This document shows, piece after piece, positions 25,369-37,597 of a stretch of DNA of 64,000 nt (the first letter of the stretch is position 1; every line of letters begins with the position of its first letter). Origin of the DNA: Felis catus. Lineage: Eukaryota. The stretch covers positions 174,098,001-174,162,000 of the forward strand of contig NC_058368.1 in the NCBI RefSeq assembly GCF_018350175.1. Direction: 5' to 3'. The notes under the pieces are model-generated. The model was not told where the DNA came from and did not search any database. It was given only the letters and a program-made list of their open reading frames with translations. Made by a program: the position numbers and the translations under genes.

Positions 25369-26229
25369 GGGAAAAGACATTCTTATTTGGGGGTCTTATT
25401 TGCCCCTCTATTGCCCCCCTCATTTAATCAGGCTGGACCTCCATCACTGTCCTGTGACAGTTTCTCAGAGATTTCTCTTCTCTGGGATAAATGTCTCTGG
25501 TTCTGATCCTATCTCCCATGTAATGGATTTCTGTCTTCATTCTATGAACCAGAAATGGACACATATTCCCCTACCCTGAATGCCTCACCTCCTTCATTCT
25601 TACTGCACTTGGTTCCCCAGACAGCTCCTGGGGGTCAAGGCAGTGATTGGTCAGCCAGAGGGGTGAATTGGGCCAGGCACTTTCCTCAAACGCTAGTCCC
25701 TAGGGACATAGGATCCTGTCACCACAAACACCATGGGAGTGGTCTGAAAGCGAAGCAGGATGATTTAGGGGTGAGGGTGGGGTGGTGAGCTTCTTGTCAC
25801 CAGCAGCATGCAAATGGAAACTAGAGGGCTGCAGTCGGGGGTGCCATTGGCTGAGGTTCTGGGCAAGGCTGACAGCAGGGGTCAGGATCCCTGAGTGCAC
25901 TGGCTTTTGATCGCAGCAGAGAGGCCCTACGAGCAGCTGCAGTCACTCCCAGGTCGTCACGGGGCCAGGTGGCGATTTCACTCTAAATGGTTTGCTCATT
26001 GGCATTTGACCTCAATTTTTCCATCAACTTGATTTTCATTTCCTAATGTTTACTGATTGGAAAAATAAGGAGAGGTGGAAAGCTCAAGCTGATGAAATTC
26101 TCTCCTCACTCTCGTCCCAATTTTCCAGATGTCTTGAGTTAAACGTGACCTGTGGAGTCCTGCTGCTTCCCATGAACGATGGGCCTTGGCTGCCTCTCCC
26201 CACCAGCAGCTGGAGTCTACCTGTTGGAC

Positions 26230-26580
26230 CCTGGGGTTCCTTAGCACTGTCGCCTGCAGCCCAGGGTTTGTGCCTCTTGGAGTGAGACGGGTCATGGGAC
26301 TAGTTCTGGCCAATGTTCTGTGAAGGGAGCCGACAAAAGGCACTTGTAGGCTGAGGTTTGGAGTGTGTGGGAATTCTCTGCTCGCTCTCCTCCCCTGCCA
26401 CTGAATGGTGGAGCCAGCCTGGGTCTCCCAGTCACCGCTTGGCAGGAGGCTACCCAGAGACCTGCTGGGCCCACAGCAGACTTTGCATGAGGGAGACGCC
26501 CACTTTTGTTGTATTAAGCCACGGAGGTCTCAGGATTAATTTGTCACCACTGTTTAACCTAGCCATCTTGACAACCGCAG
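26230..26580 (+). mobile_element. ERVL-MaLR LTR (MLT1I/J-like)
   Basis: catgggactagttctggccaatg...cttttgttgtattaagccac...aacctagccatcttgac. Confidence 0.7.
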
Positions 26581-26865
26581 TCCCTACAGTTGTGCCCTGT
26601 GCCTCGAATGTGTCAGGCACTATGCTGGGCATAGATATCAGATGTGGTGGGCACCCTCACCCTCTGGGAAGCACAGTTAAAGGGCAGCAGATGGAAGCAA
26701 AGGAGTTTGTATAATGCAGAGTGTCGTTACTGTGATAGGAGGAAATATTGGGTCTGTGGGAATCCAAACAGAGGGTGGCAAGGCAGAGGGAGGGGCAAGT
26801 CACAAAAGGCTTCCTGGAGGAAGTGACTTCTTAGCTGCGTTGAGGTGGATGAAGAGAAGTTAGTC

Positions 26866-27357
26866 TAGTGGTCACAAACTGGTGGTTTGCATTGTCTGGT
26901 CAGCACAGTATTTAAACTTTTTTTTCGGTAGTTAACAATACTTGGAAAGGAGGAGTCTCACAAAAAATCTGGATTTGGGGATTTACTTAAATTGGGGTGC
27001 CTGGGTGGCTCAGTTGGCTGAGCATCTGACTCTTGATTTTAGCTCAGGTTATGATCTCATGGTTTGTGGGATTGAGCCCCAAGCAAAAAGCCTGCTTGAG
27101 ATTCTCTCTCTCTCCACCCCTCCCCTGCTCATGAACAGGTGCATGTGTGCTCTCTCTCTCTCTCTCTCAAAATGAGTAAATAAACATTAAAAAAAATCAG
27201 GATATCGATCAACACTGGGGGCGTGAGTCTGTATAGCAACAGTTGGCTGGACCCAGCAGGGGCTGCCCCTGTAGACAGGCATATTCCAGACCACCATAGT
27301 TCCTTTCATGTATTTATTTCTGGCCAGCCCTGCAGACAGTGAGTTTGTGGCCCCTGA
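26866..27357 (-). mobile_element. hAT-Charlie non-autonomous DNA transposon (MER102-like), interrupted by a SINE
   Basis: Ends tagtggtcacaaact... and ...gagtttgtggcccctg form degenerate TIRs; internal aaaaatctggattt, caacactggg, ctgcccctgtagac. Confidence 0.7.
26994..27196 (+). mobile_element. Can-SINE (SINEC) with internal deletion
   Basis: Head ggggtgcctgggtggctcagttgg, (CT)n, A-tail. Confidence 0.92.
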
Positions 27358-27634
27358 GTGAGTAATTCTCATTAGACTTCCTCAACCCAGCAGATCCTTT
27401 TCAGCTCTGGGGTCAAGGAACAGCCTTATCCAACTTTCTCCCTCCCTCAGCTCATTGGAAGATCCAGGAACCCCTCACTGGAAGTCTGATGGGCTCCTGT
27501 CTTGGCTATGGCTGCCTACTGGCCCTAGGTCAGGACAGTGACCTGGCCCTAGCAGTGTGGGAGAAAGGAAGCCCCAGGGATGGCTCCGAAGAGTCAGGCC
27601 CGGGGGACCACACCGCCTGGTCCTCCCTTGGCTC

Positions 27635-27930
27635 CTCATGGTAGACATTTGCTGGTTTGGGTTTCTGGCCAGAATCCATTTCTCCTCCTTTAATAACAGC
27701 CCCTTGATTTTCTTTTTGAGAATCACCCCTTCCTCAGTGTTCAAGTCTTGGAGGGAATCTGATCAAGCTCCATGCTCTCTGCTGGCCAAGAGGAGGACAC
27801 AGGACCCAAGCCATGCCAGCTAGTGCCCCTCCTGGGGCTGTGAATCATGCGTAGAGTGATGCAAGGAGGAACAAACACTGTGGCTGATGTGTCCCACAGG
27901 GGAGACCTGAAGAAACTGGCCTTATTCCTG
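27635..27930 (+). mobile_element. ERVL-MaLR LTR 5' part (MLT1K/L-like)
   Basis: ggtagacatttgctggttt...ccagaatccatttctcctcctttaataacagccccttgattttctttttgagaatcacccc. Confidence 0.65.
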
Positions 27931-29116
27931 CTACCAGACCCCTGGTCTGCTTTGGTTCCTGTCCTTTCCTGAGCCTGATCTCCAGGCTTCCTTTTGTTTC
28001 TGGGTGTTATCTGACAACCTCTCAATAACCCCTGCTTCTGTTTGATTGGGGCAGATTTGGTTTCTGTTGTTCGCTACTAACACCGATGCACATCACCTCT
28101 CATAGGCCGGTGTGGACTGTTTGGGTTCACACTGGATTCCCCTGAATGCCAGGCCAAGCTTGCACAGGCTACAGAGTCAGCTACAGAGAAAAGCTTTGGC
28201 TTTTCCTTACCCTCAGCTCCTTCCTCCCCTTCTTCTGGAGCTGCTGGGTCATCCTTTGCAGCCCCAGCCTCGCCAGAAACCAGAGGACTGGGATTTCTTC
28301 CAGACACACCCTCTGGGGGCAGCCCTGACCATAATGACTGCTGCTGGGCCACTGTCGTGGTCCCTGGACTCCCAGCTCAGTCTGGAGGCTCCAGGTCACC
28401 TGCCCAGCAAGCTGGCTCCTTAGGATGGGGCCACCTTTGCCTCCCCAGGACAAGGCTTGACCTGAAGCCAGCGGATGAGTCTGGAGACATCTTGTCTGTG
28501 GGCTCAGCATGGGCCCTGGAGCTGCAGGACCCCTTTCCATGCTTCTGCCAGACTGGCGTTTCTCTCAGTCATGATCACCTTTACCTTGTTTCCACGCATG
28601 TATTCTCTTGTACTATTACTCACTTTATACTGAACAATAACAACACACTCACTTCTTAACCTTTAATACATGTATTCCTAAAAGGAACATGACATCATTC
28701 GCAAAAACAAGAAAGCTCTATCCTATTCTATAAGTGGAAGGTAATGGTAAAAACGAGGATGCGGAAAATACAACATTGGTATTTAATTTCAGCTAGAAGC
28801 TGCTAGAAACTACGGCTGGTGCCCACTCTGTGGAAAACATTGCCTCTTCAGCCTGTGCCTGCTCCGAGATCCTGTGGCTAGCTGCCCGTCCGGACTTGAC
28901 CATGGCTGCCCGCCTGGACTTGGCCAAGGTTGCCCACTCGTACCCACCATACACTGTATTCCTGGCTGACTAGGCTTGGGCGCCTATCTTGTCCCAGTGG
29001 ACGAGCTTGGTTCTAGGTCCAGCCATCTCAGGGAATTGAGAGAAGGATACAAGAATTAACTCTTTAGAGCCCTTCCTGAGTGACAGACACGGATAGGTAT
29101 TTTACACAGATTATCT

Positions 29117-29411
29117 CAGTTTTCCCCACATTTCAGTCATTCCTGTACCCCCTTCATGATTTCTGCCATATCACTACTATTCATTTACTTTGTAGTTTTC
29201 TTTAAATTGATTTGCCTTTTAAAAAGCTCTGAATTTTCTTTTAAAAGGAAATGCTATATTATTTCCATAAATCACAGAATTTGGTGTGTCAGTTATATTT
29301 TTCTAACATGCACAATTGTGAGCTATTAAAATAATAAATGTTCATCCATCTACTACCTAAAATCATCGTGTACACCATCAATCACCCATGTACAGCCCTT
29401 GGGAAATACTG
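29117..29411. mobile_element. hAT-Charlie MITE (MER113-like)
   Basis: TIR-like ends cagttttcccca... / ...ttgggaaatactg; internal ttcagtcattcctgtacccccttcatgatttctgccatatc. Confidence 0.65.
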
Positions 29412-30768
29412 TAGCTCCTTAGTTAATTCTCACCTATTTCTAGAAGGATGGTTTATAGATAAGAATATGGAGGCTCAAAGGGGTCCCTTCCTAAAGTCCC
29501 ATAGGTGGAAAGGCTTGAGGCTGAGATTTTAATCCAGACAGTCTAACTCCAAATGCCAAGGCTCTTTCAACACTAGTCCTTTCCAAATAGATTTTTTAAA
29601 AATCCAATGAATCTGTTAAAAATGAAAATGTGTTTGGAAATCTAATATATGAAACATAAAATTGGAGCTTTTAAAAATTATCCAAATAGGATTGTTGGGT
29701 GCAGAGATTCCTTTTTAAAAACTTCTCTTGACCAAATCCATTCTACAATGGCCCTTGAGAACTGTCTCAGAAGCCCAGGACTCTGAGGAATGTTATTTTG
29801 ACCCACATGGCATCACTGTCTCTTGACTTCATTTAGTCCAATTTTCCCTGTGAGCCAAACTCCTGAGGGGCAACTTCTGGGTCTATGTTATCTTTCCTGG
29901 CTGGGCATCTCTCTCTTGGACCTTTGCCATTTTAAAATCTTAAAATTTTCCATCTTACTCTCTTGAAATCTTCCACTGGCATTGTAAGGCTTACTCTGAC
30001 CTAATTATTCATTCATCAAATGCTGATGTCTAACCTGTACCCAGATTTTTAGATGACACAAGAAGAATAGATGTAGTCCCCTTGATGGGTTCCCAAGCCA
30101 GAGTAGGAGACAGACAGACACAGCCAAATGCAGTAAGGATTGGAGCAGTCCCCGTTGGCCTGAGTCTCATTGTTGCCTCTGTTCCTGGCTCCTTTCGGGA
30201 CCTGGTTGCATCCTGTGATGAGCAGTGCCTGAGATGGGGCCAGTGAAGGGACCCCATTGGTGCCAGAGGTCTTGTCTGATTCCCCATTATGATTCCTGGG
30301 TCACCGTTCCCTTCATCAACTGATGCCTGATGTAAGTCTGGACTTTGAATCGTACCTTAATCAGACCCCCAAACCCTTACTCCAATAGAAGGATCAATTT
30401 ACAATTGTGTCAGCATCTGCAATATGGAGCTCTGACTGGCTCCTGGCCTCAGGCTGCTTTCTCCCTTCATGGCAGCCTATGCCCCCAACCTAGAGATCTT
30501 CCACTGAAGTGGGTACCACTAAAGGGCCCTTCTCTGCCATGAAGAGAAGAATCTGTCACTCTAAAGATAAAGTAAGATCCAGTCCATGTTCTGATAAATT
30601 TTAAAGATTTCTAAAGGAAATTCAGCTTTGTGGTGCCCCCCACCAAGCCAAGGTTTCTACCTTTTTTTCTCAGTCCTATCTATAGTTCTGGTTATCTCTG
30701 AGATACCTCGATCTTTGGAAGGCCCTGAATGTTCCCAGGACATCATCCTTGGGGTCTCCCCTGTGCTG

Positions 30769-30899
30769 TGGGTCCCAGTCTAAGCTAAGCTTGAGTTCCA
30801 GGAAGCTTCTCCCTTGGTAGGTCCTAGAGTTGGGTCCCAGTCTAAGCTAAGCTTGTGTTCCAGGAAGCTTCTCCCTTGGTAGGTCCTAGAGTTGGGTCC
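30769..30899. repeat. 62-bp tandem duplication (2 copies, 1 mismatch)
   Basis: Unit starts tgggtcccagtctaagctaagcttg at 30769 and 30831; tgggtcc recurs at 30893. Confidence 0.97.
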
Positions 30900-30947
30900 A
30901 TTAGCAAACTCAAAACAACTCAAGTCAATTAAAGCCAAGTCAACTTA

Positions 30948-30985
30948 GCTCAACTCAACTCAACTCAACTCAACTCAACTCAACC
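30948..30985. repeat. (CAACT)n pentanucleotide microsatellite
   Basis: Directly visible, with degenerate units upstream from about 30905. Confidence 0.95.
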
Positions 30986-31589
30986 CAATGCATACTTACT
31001 GTGTATCTCTTTGACTATACATACTACCCTATGGGTAGGGTAGTTTTGGGAGAGGTAGAATACAACAGCTGCCTATCCATCTTTGCCTATCTGTACTACC
31101 CTATGGATAGGCTCTAGTTTTGGGAGAGGTAGAACCCAACAGTTAACAGCACACAATGCTTATTCTCAAGGAGCTTTCTGTTTTCCTAGATTCCAGACTC
31201 TGACTTTTCTTTGAGCTGAGGGAACTCCTTGTACAAGGAGCTGGAGAAAAAGCTTCATTTTCTGGCCTGGAGACATCCCAACCAACAGTGTAATTCTTGG
31301 GGTCTGCTCTTCAAGACTTCTCAAACTACCCTTCTGGGGTTGTTTGATTTTAAGATTTCAGATTGCAGAGTCAGTTGGTCCCTTACTCTTTAGGATATGG
31401 TTCATATGGGTCCTGAGTCTTGCATTTATTCACAAACTTGCACTGAGCCCTTACTATGTGCTGGACACTTTATAGACATTATCTCATTTAATTTTTATAG
31501 CAATCCGTGTGGATGCAGGGCCAGTATGTGGTCAGTTGGAATTTAACCCAGCCCTAATTCCAAAGCCCATACGCTTCCCATGTTATTCC

Positions 31590-32200
31590 ATGGTCTCTTA
31601 GAACAACTGGATAAAATCCATAATAAAGAAGAGAGATCACCGAATGTTTAAACGAACATATTCCATATGGAAGGAAGGAGTGGATTAATGAATATTTTAT
31701 GTAAAGCAAAATCTCATCTGACCAGTTTATTAGAATTCTTTGAGAAGAAAACTATATAGGGAGATAAAGGGTGACTTTCACAAAAAGCCTTTGTCAAGTT
31801 TCTATCCTAAAGCCTATTAATAAAATTGATTCATTATAGAATTGGGCAGAGGTGGGTGGTGAGTGGGAGGGAGTCTATTTTTGCATGGATAGAGAACTGG
31901 CTTAGAGACAAGAAAGAGAGGGTGGGGATAAATGGGTGCTTTTTCAAATGGAGAACTAGGGTTCCCCAGGAATTGGTGCTGAGTTTGGTCTTATATAATA
32001 CCCAATGCACATGTATTGAGTGCCTAGTGTGTGCAGTTCCTGCAGTAAGTATTGGGGATAACCCCCAAACCAGACTTAGTTCCCCTCCTGGAGGAGCTCA
32101 AGGAAAGAGGTGCTCAGTGACATCTCCAAGGTTTCAGAAGACAGGAAGCTCCTGAGGGGCTGAAATGCCAAGACATTGGAGATAAAGCTGAAGAAGGTGG
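31590..32200 (+). mobile_element. CR1/L3 LINE reverse-transcriptase fossil, split by an L2 3' fragment (about 32005-32100)
   Basis: Translation gives SHLTSLLEFFEK, KAFVK, WIENWLRDKKERVGING.FFKW, VPQELVLSLVLYN and, after the insertion, DISKVSEDRKL. These match the CR1 RT motifs CLTNLLEFFE, KAFDK, WI.NWL..RKQRV.ING, GVPQGSVLGP.LFN and ISKFADDTKL. Confidence 0.88.
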
Positions 32201-33199
32201 CTGGGAAAGGGGAAAGAGCCCCAGGCAGCAATTAGAAGTTTCGAGCTCTCGGACCAGCTCTGTCACTGACTCGCTGTGTGACCCTGGGCAAGGCCCTTCC
32301 CTCTCTGGGTCTCAGTTTTCTCTCCTATCTGTACAAGGAAGGAATTGGACTAGATGCTCTGTAAGGGTGTGGTGTTCTGGATGGAGGACAATGACTTGAA
32401 ATAGAACTTGGTTATGAGAAAGTCTCTCTTTCCTGTGGCCAACATGTCTCCTTCTGTCCCTGCACTGAGATGGGGGACCACTCTCTCTCTCTGTCTCTCT
32501 CATTTGTGAACAGTGAGGACGAGGCAGAGAGCCATGAGGTCTGTGATGCTGGGGCTCAGAGCCCAGCCTGGAATCCCTCAGTGGCATTCATTGCGAGTGA
32601 CTCAGCATCATAAATAGCTCCCATCTGGATGAGCAACGATATCTATAGCGATCGAGCGATCTCTATATCCACACACACTCTCTCTGTGCAAATATGTGGC
32701 TCACTGTATGCTAAATACGAGGTGGCCTGGAGACGTTCCTCCTCTTAAAAGACTATTTGGTATGAAACTCAAGACTGTTTATTTAAAGAAACAAGTTTAC
32801 AACTATGCACATTGGATTACTGGTAGTGGGTGGTGGGGAAGAGGCGATGTGGATGAAGGGCTGCTGGGTGTGATCCGCGCTTGGGGGCCACCCGACAGAG
32901 AGGCTGAGGCCAACCACTCCACCTTTATCCTTCTGTCTGCAGCAGGAGGGGTAGTGGACACCACACATGAGATGCTTGAAATCCTGGGGTGGGGGTGTAG
33001 GGATTGGTATAGTGTTGAGCTCATCAAAGCAGAAAGCCACAGTTAGCAGAAAAAAACATAGGAACTGGGGTAACGGGAGAGCCAGATTCCAGCCTGCTCT
33101 GCCCTGCCCTTGATCTTGGTCAGTTCATTAATTCACTCATTCATTCATCAAGCATGTAGCAAGCACAGACAATATGCACAGGCCATATGGGGATAACAG

Positions 33200-33390
33200 A
33201 CAAGAAAATGTAGGTTGGAATTCAGGCTTAGCCACCTGCCAGCTGTGAGTGCTTTCCCCTCTCTGTGCGTCTGTCTCCTTATCTGTAAATTGGGGATAAT
33301 ACCCCCTAAGGTTTTTTTGGGGGGAGCATCATGGAAGGAGATACTGCACAAGAAAGTGTTTCTCTGTTGTAAACGACTCTGAAAATGCAA
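33200..33390 (+). mobile_element. MIR SINE
   Basis: Core ccccctctctgtgcgtctgtctccttatctgtaaattggggataatacc. Confidence 0.75.
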
Positions 33391-36300
33391 GCTAGCACCA
33401 TTCCACCATATTGCCCAGTTGATTCAGCTCCCTTCTAATTAGGAGTGGTCTTGGTGATCACAGAGGGGAAATGTCATCATGACCCCCTTCACTGGGGCCC
33501 CAGGAGTGGGGAGGCCTGAACACCATCCATGGAATGACCCTGGACAGTACTCTTACCTTTGCTTCTTGGCTGAGCTGAGATGTAGGGGCCTTCAGTCAAT
33601 GAGCAAAGCAGGTAGCATGCCAGAGATACACAGATCCCTGGAAGAGAAGAGAGGGTGTTGAGGGGTAAAGGGAGAGGACTTTTGGGGTGGTTGGCTTTCT
33701 GAATGGGCACTGAACCCCAGGCCCCACTAAAGACATACTCTTGCTTCTCCTGAGGCCACTACTGATCCCCTGGGTTTCATCAAGGGGCTGGGCAAGATGG
33801 GACTCTACCTGGCATCAGACCCAACCCCGGGCCCCACCTCACCTACTCCCCTGACACCAGTTGCCCATCTCGGTCACTGGTTCAGGCAACTCTTGTATGG
33901 TACCACTGACCACACTGCTTTCTGGCTTAAATGTGATCTCTGACTATGTCAATGGATGGGATTTACTGTCAGTCATACTTGGGTTTGAATTCTGGCTTTG
34001 GGAAAATCCATTACGTCTCCCCAAGCCTCAGTTTCCTTATGTATAAAATGGGGCTACTAACTGCACCAACCCCCTACATTAAATGCCGTATAAATGCTGG
34101 TTGTAATTACTGTTGTCAGTGTTGACTAAAAATATCTGGGAAGATACCTATTACATTGCAGACCCTCAAATTTTAGTTACCTGCCTCTGCTTTCTCCTAG
34201 GAGGTACCAAGCATTCAAGGGTGCATTCCATGACTGTATCCCGAGCCTTGCACAAGTCCTGACAGAAAGTGGGCACCCATTAGACATTTGTTGACTGAGC
34301 GGTGCTCAGCAAGTTTGCTAGGTCTGCTCTCACAAAGCTAGGGCTAGTGAAGTTGATGTTCTCCCATTTTACAGACGAGAACACAGGCACACAGAGGGGA
34401 GGCCATTCTGCTCCACCTCCGACCGGGGGAGCCTGTGGAGCCAGATCAGAACCCTCAGTCCCCACTCTGCCCCCTGCTGCAGTCAGGGCCTCTCCTGGCC
34501 GGGCACCAAAGCCTCGGCAACTTCAGGGGCCTGTGTACAACCTGGTGCCACCTCCTCGACTGTTTTCCCTTCCTCCCGTAACCACAGTCCTGCTGTGACT
34601 CAAGAAAGGGGAGATTCTTGTGTCGTTTCCAGAGGTGGGGACTGAGGATTTGCCCTGGATGATAGACACAGTATAGGTAAAGCAGGGGCTCCAACAATCA
34701 GCCCACTCAAGCCCCTTTCTGTGACCGGTCGTCTTCTGGGACCACCCTGGGACCACAGTACCTAACCCTTTGGCCTCCACTGCTCCAAGGCATTGCTGCC
34801 TCCCGACACAATGTCCTCCACCCCCAATCCCACCTCTAGACTAGGAGCTCAGCGAGGCAGGGCCCCGCTGATTCCCCAGGGCCTGGCACTTAGCGGGACT
34901 TGACAAATATCTGGTGGGTGAGTGAATGAATGAGTAAATAGTGGCTGAATGGCTGTGTCAGGCCATGTTCTAAAAGCTGGGGACACCGCAGGGAAAAGGA
35001 CAAGCATGCTCTGGCTCTCAGAGCTGAATTTAAAACGAGCAACTGGATTGGAAACAGGGCAGATGTTACTGTTTTCTGACTGGCTAGGTGGGGAAGTGGG
35101 CCCCCTGACTGCCCACGGAGCATCTTAGAGCAAAGAGTGACCTCCCTGGCCTCAGGCAGGGCCACAGGCACGCCAGGTGGGGAGGGCGACCTTTAAGAAG
35201 GCCAGGAGAGAATGGTGGCACAATTACGTATTGAATGTCTACCTACTGCTAAGTTGCAAACAGCTGGCACATTTCCTGGCCCAGAGTAGATACTCTTTTG
35301 TGCAGTGAATGAACCCGTTTGTTCAATGCCTGGGCAGAGAGTATGTCAGGATGACTCAGGTCTAGGGGCTGGTGGGAATCAAGGGTGCTGATGATCAGAA
35401 TGATGATGATGTACCCTTGAACGGGGCTTCACTGTTCTCGGAGCCCTTTCGCACAGCGGTTACTATTCTCCCGGCGCAGGTGACGGATACACTGAGCGTG
35501 CACGTGTTAGCGAGCACGCCGGGCTGGGCACGGGCGGCACTGACATAAACAACAGGGCAACGGCCGCACTTTCGCTGTATCTGTGATGTACCAAGCCCTT
35601 CACATCCACGATCTCTAATACTCCCATTAGCCTGGCAAGGCCAAGGTCACAATCCCCATCACACAGAGGAGGGCACAGAGGCTCAGAGAAGTCTTGATCT
35701 TGCACAGTTGGAACCTGGGTCTTGCTCTAGGAGTGAGATGTAAAAAGCCCACAGTCTAATGGGGACACCAACAGGAAAGTGGATAGTTAACACACAAGGT
35801 GACATCCCTGGAAATGCAGGCTCGTCAGAGGTGCCTCACTGCCCGGAGGCCTCAGGGAGGGCTTCCCTGAGAAGGTGAGTCTGAAGCTGAGGCTTAGAGG
35901 CCAGAGGAGCAGGAAAGGCATTGCAGGCAGAAAGAACAGCATCTGCAAAGGTGTGGAGAGAGCATGGTCCCACTTGGAGGAATTTGGCTTGGCTAGATCC
36001 TTGGGGACAAAGATGAAGCTGGGAGGTTGTCGGGGTCAGTTATGAGGAGCTTTAGGGGGACATGGACTTTACCCAGAGGGTGATGGAGAGCCACTGCAGG
36101 GCTCAGCTTGTGCCCTAGGGAGCTCCTTCTGAGGGCAGGGTCTGGATTGGGGGGATAGGTAGCAGGACCTGTGCTTGATGAGGTCTGGGGTAGAGGGAGA
36201 AGTAGACTCTGCCTCCTGGCTGGGGTGGTGCCTAGAGGTGGAAGGTCTGCGAGACTCAACTCTCCCATTGGCTGACCTACCCTGCTGAGTTAGAGGTCCT

Positions 36301-37437
36301 CCTCCGGGCCCCAGTGATGAGTCTGTCCTGACGACAGGTCCTCATCTTTACCCCAGGCTCAGCAAAGCCCTCTTCTGCCACCTGACTGCTCCCAAATTGT
36401 GTCCTAGCAACCTCACAGCTCTCACCTTGGCAACACCAGCTTCTACACTCCCTTCCTCCGATTAGGCTGGAAAGGAAGGCGGATCTGGGATGCCTACTGT
36501 CCAGCAGACATGCCCAGGGAACCAGCCGGGGCCGCCCACAGCCGGTGCCACTGGCTTCATCAGATGGAGCCTGGCCATTCAGAGGCAGGAGGTGGGTCTG
36601 GATACAGGACGGGACTCTGGACAGAACCCTTGTGATCTGGCTTCTGACCCAGGGCTGTTGCTCTGTCTGAGTGACCTTGGACAAGTCTCTTCCTCTCCCC
36701 GGGCCTCAGGTTTCCCTTCTGTAAAATAAGGGGGTTGAATAACACTATCTCTAGAGCCTAATATTATCTTATTCCATTTTTAACCTTTTCCCTTGGTTAT
36801 TGTTGGATGCTCTGTTGCTGGCACAGATTTTGGTTTCAGACCCTAGGGGTTTACATCCTGGTTTGCTTAGCCAAATCACTACCTCTCTGAGCCTTGACTT
36901 TTTTTTCCTCTGTAAAATGAATATATTTCCTGCTATCTTACCCAGGGAGTTATAAGAGTCTGTTGAAACGGTATAGATGAAAGTGCTTTATAAATGGCAA
37001 AGAGCTATACAAATGTTATCTGTTTCATCACATGGGCTGTACTCAGTAGCCATTTACTGAACCCCCTCCACCCCTCTCACCACCAGCAACAATCGCAAGC
37101 ATTTATTGAACACTTACTACGTGCCGAGCTTTGTGCTGAGGTTTTACTCATATTATCTCATTTTATTTTCACAGCAACCGTATAAGGTATTTGCTATTAT
37201 TTTTCCCATTTTCCGGATAAATAATGGAGGACCTAAATGGTTTTGTATAAGAGCCCAGCCAGACTCCCTGGCTTTACAACTTGACCGTTTAAAATGTACT
37301 GAGTTGGCCACCTCGGGATCTCTTCTCCCTCTCTTGGGTTTTTCCTCTTGCCTGAAGTCAGGATCTAACTTGGGGTTTGGTGGGCAAAGGGGCAGCGCTA
37401 TCATTTATTGAGCATCTTCAAAGTGCCAAGAATTGAC

Positions 37438-37597
37438 CAGCTTCTCAGGCTTTTACATGCTTGCCAATCCCTTGGGGGTCTCATTAAAATGTGAATTCTG
37501 ATTCAGTGGGTCTGCCATGCGGCTAAGGTTCCGCATTCCTAACAGGTTCCTAGGAGACGCTGATGTTGCTGGTCCAGGGACCACACTTGGAGTAGCC
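37438..37597. mobile_element. hAT-Charlie MITE MER5A
   Basis: ttaaaatgtgaattctgattcagtgggtctg...gcattcctaacaggttcctaggagacgctgatgttgctggtccagggaccacacttggagtagc. Confidence 0.88.

Noticed and set aside
30769..31143. Direct repeats considered as a CRISPR-like array
   Set aside because: Simple two-copy tandem duplications without unique spacers, in eukaryotic DNA with no cas genes.
31225..31240. Perfect 16-bp palindrome ctccttgtacaaggag
   Set aside because: About one such palindrome is expected by chance in 64 kb (64000/4^8).
31826..32155. 109-aa ORF with reverse-transcriptase motifs
   Set aside because: Decayed CR1/L3 retrotransposon with frameshifts, an L2 insertion and a destroyed catalytic motif; not a functional RT or a novel RT system.
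34835..35030. Opposed L2 3' ends as a possible miR-28/151-type hairpin
   Set aside because: The arms are too diverged for a compact stem, and the junction geometry differs from the known L2-derived miRNA precursors.
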